Positions 26,679 through 39,220 of a DNA stretch of 64,000 nt are shown here, piece by piece. The stretch is from the NCBI RefSeq assembly GCF_009914755.1, contig NC_060947.1; one strand, written 5' to 3'. The first letter of the stretch is position 1. Every line of letters begins with the position of its first letter. This DNA is from the human T2T-CHM13v2.0 reference genome, Homo sapiens. The translations under genes were made by a program, and so were the position numbers. Under the pieces are notes generated by a model, which ran no database searches, was not told the DNA's origin, and worked only from the letters and a program-made list of their open reading frames with translations.

Positions 26679-27589
26679 ATCAAATTACATACATTTATAT
26701 ATTCAATTTAAAATTCAGATTAATGATTTATTAAATAATTTAATTCATGCTGTTTTCATATACTCCAAACTGCTTTGATTTATAGATAAGTTTATATAAC
26801 CAACTAACTAGCATATCCTCACATATCAAAATATAAAACATTTCCACACATATCATAATATAAAATGTGTTCTTTATTAGAGAAAATAGAACGCTAATAT
26901 TTGTATACTTATGAAGAAGATAACATGGCCAGGTAAATCTTAAAATAGAGCTAAAATTACTTTACATGGAGATGATAACAGCTGAATCAGTCATCACCCA
27001 AAATGAGCTGTTATATTTTCAAATGACTAAAATTACTCATTGGTGAAATAGGACTACATTTTCATTCTTCAAATTTACCTCATAAAAGGAAAGTATGAGA
27101 ATATGTATAAGTTTCCTCATATGTGTAGGTTTCATTTTTCAGATTTATTTTTATTATGTCATAAATAATCTGATGACCTTTGACTTTTCTGTGAGTGTGA
27201 CCAGAAGGAAACTAAGAATCTGTCATGTACCATTTTCTGTATAATATAGAGAAGAGTAGTTACTGAAAGTTCTGTTGTACTATTCATAGATCATAATGGC
27301 GTTTCTTGCAGATATCTAGAAGATGTGTGGGAAAAACAGCAATAAAACATGTTTTATGGTCTTCACTCTAGCTTTTCCTGCATAACATATATCACTCCTT
27401 AAATGCACAAAACTATATAATCTGAAGATATTAAAACATTCAACAGAACTACAATTTTCTTTTTCTGATTTTTATTTGGTCATCTTATACTAGATTGTGA
27501 AGAATATATTTGATGTCAGTGAGCTAAATAAAGTCAATACTACTGGTCATGATATCAAGTTCTCCAAGAGCTGACTCATGGTAAGATTT

Positions 27590-28275
27590 CACTTGCTGTG
27601 GCTAAAAATATGAGCAAATATGACAAATGTCACTTCCAGGCTGATGCTCAACTCTTCAGCCCAGCTGTTCCACTACTGCAGAAATTGTGAAGTATATGTT
27701 GAGGGGGTGCCTCCATTAGAATAAGGCCCTATGTGACTACAATGAGCAAAAGGCCTTGGCAATTCACACCAGTTATATACTATGAATGAAGAAATATTTT
27801 TTTATGGGTTTAAATAACTGAGACTTTGAGATCACTTGTGATATGATTTGGGTCTGTGTCACCGCCCAAATCTCATGTCAAATTGTAATGCCCAATATTG
27901 GAGATGGGGCCTGGTGGGAGGTGATTGGACCATGGTGGTGGACTTCCCCTTTAGTTCTGCTCTTGTGATAGTGAATGAGAGCTCATGATATTTGGTTCTT
28001 TAAAAGTGTGTGGTATTTCCCCCACCTCTCTAGTCTTCCTTCTCTGGCCATATTAAGAAGTGCCTGCTTCCTCTTTGCCTTCCATCATGATTGTAAGTTT
28101 CCTGAGAACCTTCCCAGCCATGCTTCCTGTACAGCCTGAAGAACCGTGAGCCAATTAAACGTCTTTTCTTTATAAATTATTCCGTCTCAGGTAGTTCTTT
28201 ATAGCAGTATGAGAATGGACTAATACAATTTGTTAATGTAGCAAACCCTAACTCATTTACATATTTTGACTAGTC
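27590..28275 (+). mobile_element. old MLT1 (I/J-like) LTR hosting an MSTA insertion
   Basis: tgtcacttccagg...gactacaatgagc...taactgagactttg, resuming after the MST as ttgttaatgtagcaaaccc. Confidence 0.55.
27839..28227 (+). mobile_element. MSTA-like solo LTR
   Basis: tgatatgatttgggtctgtgtc...gagaatggactaataca. TSD acttg/atttg. Confidence 0.9.
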
Positions 28276-28309
28276 AAGTTGAGATTTATATATAACTAAA
28301 ACTGCTATC

Positions 28310-28547
28310 ATATATATATATGTAGAGAGAGAGAGAGAGAGACAGAGAGAGAGACAGAGACAAAGAGAGAGAGATGCACAATACAGGAATCATATATATA
28401 TAATATTTACATAAAAAATATATAGTTAGATATATGATATAATATGTATATAATTATATATAATATATAACAACTATATAAAAATTATATAGCTATGATT
28501 ATATACGAACGCAAATATATGTATATATATATATATTTTTTTTTTAT
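28310..28547. repeat. compound (TA)n/(GA)n and AT-rich low-complexity tract
   Basis: Seen directly in the sequence. Confidence 0.85.
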
Positions 28548-28579
28548 GTTTGTCTTTGTATTTGAGTTGAATCTTACCA

Positions 28580-28830
28580 CTTCTCAGTTTCCAGGTTAGA
28601 TATCATTTCTTTCTGTAGGTAATCATGACCACCTCCAATCTAGGCTTTCTTTTTAATGGGTGTATGCTTGTATGCCATTCTATCATTTGTACCTTGTATA
28701 TTGTATTTGTTTACTTATATTTCACACACCATGTCCTCAGACTTTGAGCTAAATGAGGCTCATTGCTTTGTCTGTCTTTTGAAAATAGCAGAATGGCTAG
28801 TACATATAAGGCTTTCAATACATTTTTTTA
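28580..28830 (+). mobile_element. L2 3' end
   Basis: cagactttgagctaaatgagg...aatagcagaatggctagtacatataaggctttcaatacat. Confidence 0.55.
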
Positions 28831-30164
28831 AACTTAGAGATAAAAGTGTTGGATAATTGATATAATTATCAATAGTAGGCATTAGTTCCATTAATTATTT
28901 CCAAAATCTAACATAAAATATAGATTTAGAAAATATTATTCCTTTAAAACACATATTTTTATCTGATTTCCTCTACAAATTCAACTTTTTTGTTATGCGT
29001 AATTCAGTTTGAGCTTGTATTAAAAAAGATTTGAGAGAAACCCAAATGGCATTATGTAGATACTTCCTGAAATAATTTTAACCTAAATATTAATCAGCCT
29101 TTTTCTGAAGAATTTTAAGGCAGTGGCTTAACATATTTTAAACTTTGTTTCTAAGATTTGGTAGTAGTTACACTGTGAAGAAGGATGTCATGTGACATTC
29201 CACTATTATGGTACGTGGTCTGATTAAGATATTATATACTATGTAAGCGTACAGTAAAGTCAACACTTTGTACTGCACAGTGCTTCTAGGCAGCAGACAT
29301 TAATTTGGGAAAAAGTCTGTGTGGGCTTAATATTAATTGCTTAGTGAATTTCTCTCAAAAGTGGTTTACAAGTTCTCACTTAAAGATTACTTTTGATATT
29401 CACCTCTAGGAGAGCTATCCTAATATGTCTTACTTCAGTTTTGAAGAGAAAGAAAATCTTGTAAATGAAGATTACATTTTCAACCATATGGTAATTACAC
29501 AACCTGACTGAAAAACAATAATTTCTTTGGGTGATTTACTAGGGATATGTTTTGAAATTTTGCAAGTGGGGGCAGGGTGGGAAGCATGGGGAGAGGGTTT
29601 AATTTTCTGCTCAAGTGAGTATGACACTAAAATACCTAGATAAAAGTGAAAAATTCAGTAAGTCAACCATGACGGCCTTCAGCTGACAGAAATGACGCTC
29701 AGTATGCAGTTTTATTTCTCAATAAAATTATAAATTTAAATTGAAAAACTATAACTTCATTCTGAATGATTTCATGTATAATTTTCTTAGATTATTATAT
29801 AGAATCATTGACTATTATAGCAGAAAGAAACCTTAAAGACTTTCTGGAATTCTCCTTTCCATTTCTTCCACTCCAATTCTTTACTTATTATTTTATGTAA
29901 GCCTTTTAACCTAATTGTTCCTGCTATGCATTCCTATATTATTTTGCATTTTTAAAATTCCTTGTAACAGCTCTAGTGACATTTTAAAAATTTAGTCATT
30001 TATTTGTTGATTCAAAAATAGGTATTAAGGACTTACTGAGTGCCAGTTTCTGTTATTGTGTAATTGTGATTGCTTATTTCATTGTACTTCCAACTAGGTT
30101 ATAAGATCTAGTAGAACAGTGAGTGGGTTTTTTTTGTTTGTTTGTTTGTTTTAATACAGGCAGC

Positions 30165-30910
30165 CCATATGAGTTAGGTTTGGTTGGTTGTGTATTCGTT
30201 TGCTATGGATGCCATAAGAAAAGTACCAAAGACTGAGTGGCTGAAACAATAGAGATTTGTTTTCTCACAATTTCATAATTTAGAAGTCTGACATCGATGA
30301 GTTGGTAAGGTAGCTTCTTTGGAGACCTCTTTCTTTGGCTTCTTAACAATCATTTCCTTCTTGTGTCCTCACATGGTCTTTTCTCTGTACATGTTACAGT
30401 CCTCTTCTTATAAACACACCAGTCATATTTGATTAAGGCTCATCCTAACAACGTCATTTTAACTCACTTACATCTTTAAAGAGCCTGTCTTCAAATATCA
30501 TCACATTCTGAGGTACTGGAGGTTAGAACTTCAACATACAAATTTTGAGGGGACTCAATTCAGCTCAAAAAAATCTATATAAAAGGGAAATACACAAGAA
30601 ACTAAGACATGGACTACAAATGTTAGGGGTTAACTTTTCTCTCACATAAAACAAGATTAGAGGTAGAGAGTGAAGAAAAGATATCATTCTTCACTTCCTC
30701 CTCCTAGTACACTTGCCCACCAAATTTAGGGTCTCTCCCTCTTCCATCAAGATGGTTGCCAGTGCATAAATTATCATATTCATATTATGGTCAGAAAGAA
30801 AAAGAAACTCCAAAATGAAAAGAACAGATGCTAACTAAGTATTCTCCATTGCAACAACTTCCACTCATGCCATATTAGCTAGAAATGTGCCACATGGCCC
30901 AGACAACCTC
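30165..30910 (-). mobile_element. old MLT1 (K/L-like) LTR interrupted by MLT1B
   Basis: ttttctctcacataaaacaag, caagatggttgcc, attagctagaaatgtgccacatggccc. Confidence 0.45.
30191..30573 (-). mobile_element. MLT1B-like solo LTR
   Basis: tgtattcgtttgctatggatgccataag...cacattctgaggtactggaggttagaacttcaacatac...ggggactcaattcagc. Confidence 0.82.
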
Positions 30911-31606
30911 CTTTGTGATGCTGATTGAAATATATATTTTAAAAAATTGTATTTGTCCGTATCCTAAAATATATAAGGATTTTATTAGGGGTAATTGTGA
31001 AAGGATGAGTATTCAGTAGGTATTAGGAATCTGTTTAAGACATTTTACTCAATAAAATTTATTATATGAATGACAGGAATTAATGAATAATGTATGTCTT
31101 GTCCAGGAGTTTGTGTGGTTGTTGTTGTCATTGAATAGTTCAGTTAAAAAGTTGGAAAAAAACTATGTTTTTAGTATTCGCTAGAGTCCCTCTACAGAAT
31201 CTAAAGGCTATAAGGGCAAAATTTAAGAAAAAGTCACAGATCTAATACATTCCCTTCATTTTATGGATTAAAAATAAACATTGTCTCATTTGAATCCCAC
31301 AACACTTTAATAAAAGTAAAGCTGGTATTCTAGCTGATAATGAACTGGATGTCCAGAGTTTTCAATGGCTTGCCCAAAGTCTATGTTATCTAGAGTAGAA
31401 ATTAGTAGGTCTCTTGGCTATTTCATATTGTTTCACAATATTAGAACAGTTAAATCAAATACAGAGGTAAAAGATGTGAATTACAATCCATTTATTTTTC
31501 AATCTTAATATGAAAATTTTACTATGTTTAGTTACATATTAACTTATATCTTGCCTTTACTTAAAATATGGTACTAACACTCCCTCCAAAGACTCATGAG
31601 GCTAGT

Positions 31607-31796
31607 CAGTGATTCTCAGTGTTGTCCACAGATAAACAATGAGCATTACCTGGGAATGTGTCAGAAATAAAAATTCTCAGGCCCTCCCAAACCTACTGAA
31701 TCAGAACCTCTGTTGACAAAACCAAAAGTATGTGAATTAACAAACCCTCCAGGGGATGTGGATTCCCATGTACGCCAAACTTTGAGAATCCCACTT
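31607..31796. mobile_element. MER5A hAT-Charlie MITE
   Basis: TIRs cagtgattctca / tgagaatcccact; core aaattctcaggccc...cctactgaatcagaa...aacaaaccctccagg. Confidence 0.82.
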
Positions 31797-32384
31797 TTAG
31801 TAGAAAAATGATTATTGCTATGTTTTTGCCTTTTTCTCTATCTTTCCAAATCTTAACCCTTTTTAAGTACAAAAGTATATGGTACATTCTCCAATAAAGT
31901 TGCTGGAAATATTTCAGGATACACCAGGAATTTGTTACTTTGAAATCTAGATGTCAATTATCATTAAGTACCCAAGTAGCAATAAAAACAGCCCCAAGAA
32001 ACAAGGATACCTGGGACTAAATCCCTGTGCAAATATGACTCCGCTTTATAGTTCCTAAACTAAGTTCTATCCCTAGTATAAAGTGTTCCTTCCTTTTTCA
32101 GATCTTCCTTGTGTTCTGCTGTAACTAGCCTTTTCTAACTGCTTTGGTGTACCCCTATTCTGCTTCTCGGGTCAAAAACTAAATATTTATTGGACCTGCT
32201 TATTCCTCCATATTGTGTTATAACCCTGAAAGATGCTGACGTCATCCTATCTCTACCCAGTCTCATATAAAACAGAGCAGAGCCATTCTATTGGTCAGAT
32301 TCTCTGTTTCATAGGGTTTTTTTTTTTTAATTCATTCTAGTATGTGGAATCCTGGGTATAAAAATGCTTTAAAAGTCCTCTCTC

Positions 32385-32580
<196 letters not shown>

Positions 32581-33029
32581 TCAAAACCCTCAAGAATGAG
32601 GAGGGGTAATAAACAGAGAGAGAACAAATCTGCCTTAAAGCAGGCTGAATTTCAATCAATGTAAAGATTAATTTGTATATGAGAATGTACAAGTGATTTG
32701 CAAATATATTAGTTAGGTTCCAACTTGCATTTTATGGTAGGCAAGAAATAATTCACTGCCTAAACGCTTTCATGATTCTGATAAAAAGTATTTTTGTAAG
32801 ACAGGTTAAGAAAGACTTGTGAGAAAATTTAACATATAAACAAACCACACATATTTATGAAATCCAAGCACATCGTATCCTACTCACAGGCAACAACAAG
32901 TACATTAAATAGACAAGAAGAAATCAATTGAAGCAAATGTATTTTTAGTTGAAAATTGAATTGCAAACATGACCCACATTTGTACTTTAATATAGATGTT
33001 CTATAATGTAAGTATGATCATATTACATT

Positions 33030-33900
33030 TTTTATCCTGCTTTATTTTTCTTCTTAGCAGTTAAAATATTTATAGTGCATAATTTGTTTTTTGGATTGTT
33101 TTGCTTTTATTTTCTAATTTTATTAAATTTTTATGAGTACATATTATATGTATATGCTCATGGAGTACATGAGATATTTTGATACAGGCATGCAATGTGA
33201 AATAAGCACATCATGGAGAATGGGGTATGCATCCCCTCAAGCATTTATCCTTTGTATTACAAACAATCCAATTACAATTTTTTAGTTATTTTAAAAAGTA
33301 CAGTTAAGTTTTTATTGATATTAGTCACACTGTTGTGCTATCAAATTGTAGGTCTTATTTATTCTTTCTATTTTTTGTACCAAGTAACCATCCCCACCTC
33401 CCCCCCACAAGCCCCCCACTAACCTTTCTATCCTCTGATAGCCACTCTTCTACTCTCTACATTCATAAGTTCAAATCTTTTGACTTTTGGATCAATTCTT
33501 TTGATTTTTGATTCTTTTGATTTTTGGATCCCACATATCCAAAAATCCAAATCCAAAGTGAGAACATGCAATGTTTGTCTTTCTGTGCCTGGCTTATTTC
33601 ACTTAACATAATGATCTCCAATTTCATTCATGTTGTTGCAAATGACAGCATATCATTCTTTTTGTGGCTGAATAGTACTCCATTGTGTATATGTACCACA
33701 TTTTCTTTATCTGTGCATCTGTTGATGGACATTTAGGTTGCTTCCAAATCTTAGCTATTTGTATATTATCTGTTTATCTGCTAAATTATAAGGTATATGA
33801 GTGCAATGGATAGTTTTTCTTCAGTGCTTTATCCTCAACACCTAGAAAAATGCCTACATCATAGTTAGCATTCAATAAATATAAGTTGCATGAATGAAAG
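33030..33900 (+). mobile_element. L2 3' end split by L1MA
   Basis: cctgctttatttttcttcttagca before the L1, and ...ttcagtgctttatcctcaacacctagaaaaatgcct...ttcaataaatat...tgaatgaa after it. Confidence 0.6.
33090..33760 (-). mobile_element. L1MA1/2-type 3' end, 5'-truncated
   Basis: gcacatcatggagaatggggtatgcatcccctcaagcatttatcc. Degenerate TSD gtgcataatttgttt (33075-33089) / gtatattatctgttt (33761-33775), 11/15 identical. Confidence 0.88.
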
Positions 33901-34375
33901 AAGAAGGAAAGAAGGTCGTTCTTGGAATTTAAAGTGCAATTCATTTAAAACAAAATCTTAATATACCCTCTGATAAGTTTTTTTTCTATTATAAAAACAC
34001 TGATCTGATACCAATGATAATTAAACCACAATATCCTGTTTATGACAAAGTGACAAACCATAAGATAGGTAATGATTCATCATGAATACAAATATACTGC
34101 CTCTGAACCAGCATCTTAGGTGCTTTTCAAACCTTATTATGATTTAGATTAATTCAGGCTAACTTAATAAGTAACATTGAATGTGTAATCTCACCTTCTA
34201 GTTTTATAAAGCAACAACAAAAGTTGAAATATACATTTTTAATCACCTAGTATGGATTATAGGACAAAACATAAGTTTCAAATGTGTTTTTGGCTTTTTC
34301 TAAGGACTTTTTAAACAAGTGAATCCTTGAGAAGTTGACTAACAGCATGAAAACAAAGTTTAATACTAAATGGTA

Positions 34376-34815
34376 CAGTTGACCCATGAACAATGCAGGA
34401 GTTAGGTATGCTGACCCCTCACACAGTTAAAAATTCACGTATAGCTTTTGACTTCCCCAAAACTTAACTGTTAATATACCACTGTTGACCAGAAGCCTTA
34501 CTGAAAACATAGTCAATTAACAAGCTTTCTATGTTATTTGTATTATACATTGTATTCTTACAATATTATAATAAAGCTAAAGAAAACAAAATGTTTCAAA
34601 AACCTCAAAAGAAAGATAAAATATACTTACTATTCATTAAGTGGAAGTAGATCATCATAAAATCTTCATCCTTGTCATTTTTGCATTGAGTAGGCTGAGG
34701 AGGAGGAGGAAAAGGAGGGTTTGGTCTTGCTGTCACAGGGGTAGCCGAGTCAGGAGAAAATCCACGTATAGGTGGACCTGTGCAGTTCAAGCCTGTGTTG
34801 TTCAAGGATAAACTG
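34376..34815. mobile_element. Tigger2a (MER28)-like TcMar MITE
   Basis: TIRs cagttgacccatgaacaa / ttgttcaaggataaactg, flanked by TA on both sides; 440 bp. Confidence 0.88.
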
Positions 34816-35441
34816 TATGTCTGCTTTGCTTAAACTTCAAACTCATATTAGAAATATCCTACAATAAAGATAAATCTGTCCAGAAGAAGTTGGAATTGTT
34901 GGTTGAAATCATGCATGTATTTTATTATGTTTCATCTTTATGTTTGCCTGTAAATCATGACCTTTTAATAATTCAGAGCCTTTTGACAATTCCTGCTGTC
35001 TATATGTTAAAACTGCTTAATATTTTGAGTTTTCATTTCGTAAAAATGAAAATGAAGCATTTACATTCCATTTGCATTTTAATTATCATTTTATTTTGGT
35101 TGAATATAATTAATTGGTTGGATTTTTGCAAATTCTAATTTTGACTTATCCACTTTTAAAACTGTAAATATTTTACAGTTCTCTAATGATAGTAAAGTAT
35201 TATTTTGTTTTCAGTTATATTGTACATATTTTTCAAGTTATTGTTGAACTATTGCAAACAATATGATAATGACCATGTTTGTAAAGAAAGTCTTTTCCTG
35301 TTTTTGAAAACAATGAAAATAGGACCAGTGGTTTAAAAAGTATGAATATTTAAAGGCTCATGATGCAGATTTTCGTGATACTTCTCAAAAAAAACTGTAA
35401 AATTTAAATATTCATTAGGAGTGTGCAATCCCACCTCTTTC

Positions 35442-37615
35442 ATATAAACTCCTTTTCATATACACTTATATACTATTAGTTTTGTCCCTCTGGAGAATTC
35501 TGACTAATAAAGATTTTGCTACTAGGAGTGGTTCTAGAGAAACAGAATTTTAAGGATAGATTTCTTTAGTTGGTTTAGGGGTTTCTGGCATTGGCTGTTT
35601 AATATGATTATACCCCAAAATGCTAAGGACCCTACTTCTGATACTAAGAACTGATAGTCCTTGGCATGAAATATTTAGAGAGTTATACAAAATAAATGCA
35701 TTTGATATGCCTTATTCATTGCTTGTGAGAGGCAAGGAGATTAATGACTCAATATATGATCCTTTGAGCATTTGTGGAGAAGCAAGAAATATAATGAAGT
35801 TGGTTGGTTGCTCCTAAATTCACTGGACAAAGTGATGAAGGAAAAAGATGAGCTCATGGATTCTATCTCCCGGCTCCAGAAGCACATAGTTAGCTTCAAA
35901 TCTTCTAAGATTTCCCTGGGTCAGAGTCTTATCTTCTGTAGACAAAGGGCTAAAATTGCAGAAAATCAGACACAAGCACTTATAATGTGAGTGGCTGACC
36001 TGCAATGAACAGTGCATGCGCAACCTCACCAGGTGTCTACTGTTAAAGTGAGGGCATTGATTGGAAAAGAATTGGACCCTGTAACTTGGGATGGGGACGT
36101 GCGTGAGAACCCTAATGAAGCTGGGGGCACTGAGCTCCTAAATTCTGATAAGCCTTTTTTTCTGCCAGGGGAAATGGCTTCCCCATCCCAAGTGGTGGCA
36201 ACATTTCCTCCCCCACCCAGGCTGCCATCAGCCTTTCCACCTTTGTCTGAGGAGATTAACCATGCACTGCCAGAGGCAGCAGTGATAGCCTCCACTGAGG
36301 CAGTTGCCAGGCAAAACTAGGCTGATTCTTTTCGGGACCCACCCCCACCACCCCTCTTTGCTTCTAGATCTATAACTAGATTCAAGTCCTGGCAGGCCCC
36401 TAGAGGTGAGGTTCATAGTGTGACCCATGAGAAGGTGTGCTACACTCCAAAAGAAATTAGAAAACTACTCGAGTTTTCTAATTTATGTAAGCAGAAACCC
36501 AGAGAACGGGTATGGGAATGGATATCAAGGGTGTGGGATAATGGTGGAAGGAACAGAAAGTTGAATCAGGTTTGGCTGGATGGTCAGGGAATTGGAAGGG
36601 CATGACTGGAAAATTGGTGACAAAAAAATAATTTGGGGAAGAGGTATGTGGATGAAACTTTCTGAAAGGTCAAAAACTATGAAGATATTTATGTCCTATG
36701 TGAATGCTTACCAAAGTATATTTTCAGCAGAGGGGGATTTTAATAATCAAGTGGATAGAATGATCTGTTCTGTGAACACCACTCAGGCTCTTTCCCCAGC
36801 CACCCTGTCATAGCCTAATGGGCTCATGAATAAAGTGGCCATGGTAACAGAGATGGAAGCTACGCATAGGCTCAGCAACATAGACTTCCACTAACCAAGG
36901 CTGACCTGCCTATAGCCACCACCAAGTGCCCAATCTGCCAGCAGCAGAGACCAACGCTGAGCCCTCGATATGGCACCATTCCTCGGGATGATCAGCCAAC
37001 TACTTCATGGCAGGTTGATTACACTGGACCTCTTCCATCATGGAAAGTGCAGAGTTTTGTCCTCACTGGAATAGACATTACATCCAGATATGGGTTTGCC
37101 TATCCTGCTCACAATGCTTCTGCCAAGACTACCATCCGTGGACTCATGGAATGCCTTATCCACCATCATGGTATTTCACACAGCATTGCCTCTGACCAAG
37201 CTACTCACTTCACAGCTAAAGAATTGTGGCAGTGGGCTGATGCTCATAGAATTCCCTGGTCTTACCATGTTCCCCATCATCCTAAAGCAGCTGGCTTGAT
37301 ATAATGGTGAAATGGCCTTTTGAAGTCACAACTACAATGCCAGCTTCGTGACAATACTTTGAGGGCTGAGACAAAGTTCTCCAGAAGGCTGTGTAGGCTC
37401 TGAATCAGTGTCCAATATGTGGCACTCTTTCTCCCATAGCCAGGATTCATGAGTCCAGGAATCAAAGAGTGGAAGTGGAAGAGGCATCATTTACCATCAC
37501 CCCTAGTGAGCCACTAGCAACATTTTTCATTCCTTTTCCCACAATATTATTTTACGCTGGCCTAGAGGTTTTAGCTCCAGAGGGAGAAATGCTGCCATTA
37601 GGAGATAAAACTATG
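35442..37615 (+). mobile_element. HERV-L fragment: last ~70 bp of an MLT2A-type LTR, PBS region, gag, large deletion, RNaseH-integrase, start of dUTPase
   Basis: LTR end ...ggagaattctgactaataaa joins gattttgctactaggagtgg. gag relics in ORFs 36012..36320 and 36420..36605. Integrase ORF 37047..37304 (FVLTGIDITSRYGFAYP...IASDQATHFT). Confidence 0.92.
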
Positions 37616-38674
37616 TTTCAACTTGCATACCAGCTTACCCATAGTAAAATAAAGCAACAAGGAGAGTCCTGAAGCCCCCATTCCAGACCCCATCTCCTGG
37701 ACAACATTCTAGACACACATTGGGCCTGAAGGGAACCCACTGCCTTGAAATGAAAGACCCAGTCCTGGCAAGATTCATCACCTGCTGACTAAAGGGCCCT
37801 TAGGCCTTGAATAAACAGCAGCAGCAGCCAGGCAGTACTCATCATAGGCCTTTCAATGAGCCCTAGTACTGTGCTGGCTTCAGGTGTGACTCAGCACATT
37901 TCCAGCTGTGGTGGCCATAGGGAAGGACTCCTTCTGACTGGGGAAAAGAAAGAGAAGGCTAAAAAGGACGTTGTGTTGCAACCTCGGTACCAGCTCAACC
38001 GTAGTAGTAAAATAAAGCATGAGGCAAACACGTGAACTCACTAATTTCAGACCTTAGCTCCTGGATGGCAGTTTTTAGACTTGCTCTGGGCCTGAAGAGA
38101 ACTCATTATCCTGAAGGAAGTGAATGAGGCCTTTCAGGATACATCAAAAGCTGACTAAGAAGCCATGGGATCTTGAATAAACATCAGTGATAGCCAGGCA
38201 GTGCTCACCACAGGTCTATGGTAATGGTGGCCACAGAGAGAAATTCCTTCTGCTTAAGGACAGGAGAGGGATGGGTAAAGAGGAATTTGTCTTACAATTT
38301 GGGTACCAGTTCAGCCAGTGCAGTAAAATTCAGCACTTATTAGATTTCTAAAGTTTCATATTCCAGGTCCTAGTTCCTGAACAGCATTTCTAGAATCACT
38401 CTGGGCCAGAAGGAAACCTGCTGTCCTAAAGGCAAAGACATAAGCCTTACTGGATTTACCACCCATCAGCTTACTAAACAGCCCTTGAGCCTTGAGTAAA
38501 CATCACCAGTAGCTAAGCAATAGTCACCCAGGCCTTTGGTAAGACCCAGTACTGTGCTCACTTCAGGTCTGACCCCGAACAGTCTCAGTGGTGGTGGCAA
38601 CAGGGGTGTTTCTCCTCTCTCCCAGCTCCAGGCAGCTCAGCAAGGAGAGAGAAACTCCATTTGTTCAGGGAATA

Positions 38675-39220
38675 TGTGATGGTTAATATTGTGTCAAACT
38701 GATTGGATTTAAGGATGCAAAATATGTTCCTGGGTGTGTCTGTGAGGGTGTTGCCAAAGGACATTAATATTTGAGTCAGTGGGCTGGGAGAGGCAGACCC
38801 ACCCTCAGTGTGGGTGGGTACCATCCAATCAACTGCCAGCATAGCTAGAATAAAGCAGGCAGAAGAAGGTGGGAGAGGCAGACTTCCTGGCACTTCTGGG
38901 CTTCATCTTTCACCCATGCTAGATGCTTCCTGTCCTCAAACATCAGACTCCAAGTTCTTTGGCTTTTGGACTCTTGGACTTACACCAGTGGCTTTCAGGC
39001 CTTCAACCACAGACTGAAGGCTCCACTGTTGGCTTCCCTGCTTTTGAGGTTTGGGACTCAGATTGAGCCACTACTGGCTTCTTTGCTCCTTAACTTGCAG
39101 ACGGCCTATCGTGGGACTTCACCTTGTGATCATGCGAATCAATTGTCCTTAATAAACTCCCTTTCATATATACATATGTCCTTATTATTGCTGGCCCTCT
39201 AGAGAACCCTGACCAACACA
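38675..39220 (+). mobile_element. MLT2A2-like HERV-L solo LTR in the L1 5'UTR
   Basis: tgtgatggttaatattgtgtc...gagaaccctgaccaacaca, 546 bp. 5-bp TSD gaata/gcata. Confidence 0.93.

Noticed and set aside
33090-33760. Missing 3' end of the 14000-22070 L1
   Set aside because: It lies on the wrong side of that element's 5' end and sits in an L2 with its own degenerate TSD.
37616-38670. CRISPR-like or satellite array
   Set aside because: Long diverged units with no repeat-spacer structure, part of an L1 5'UTR in a eukaryotic context.
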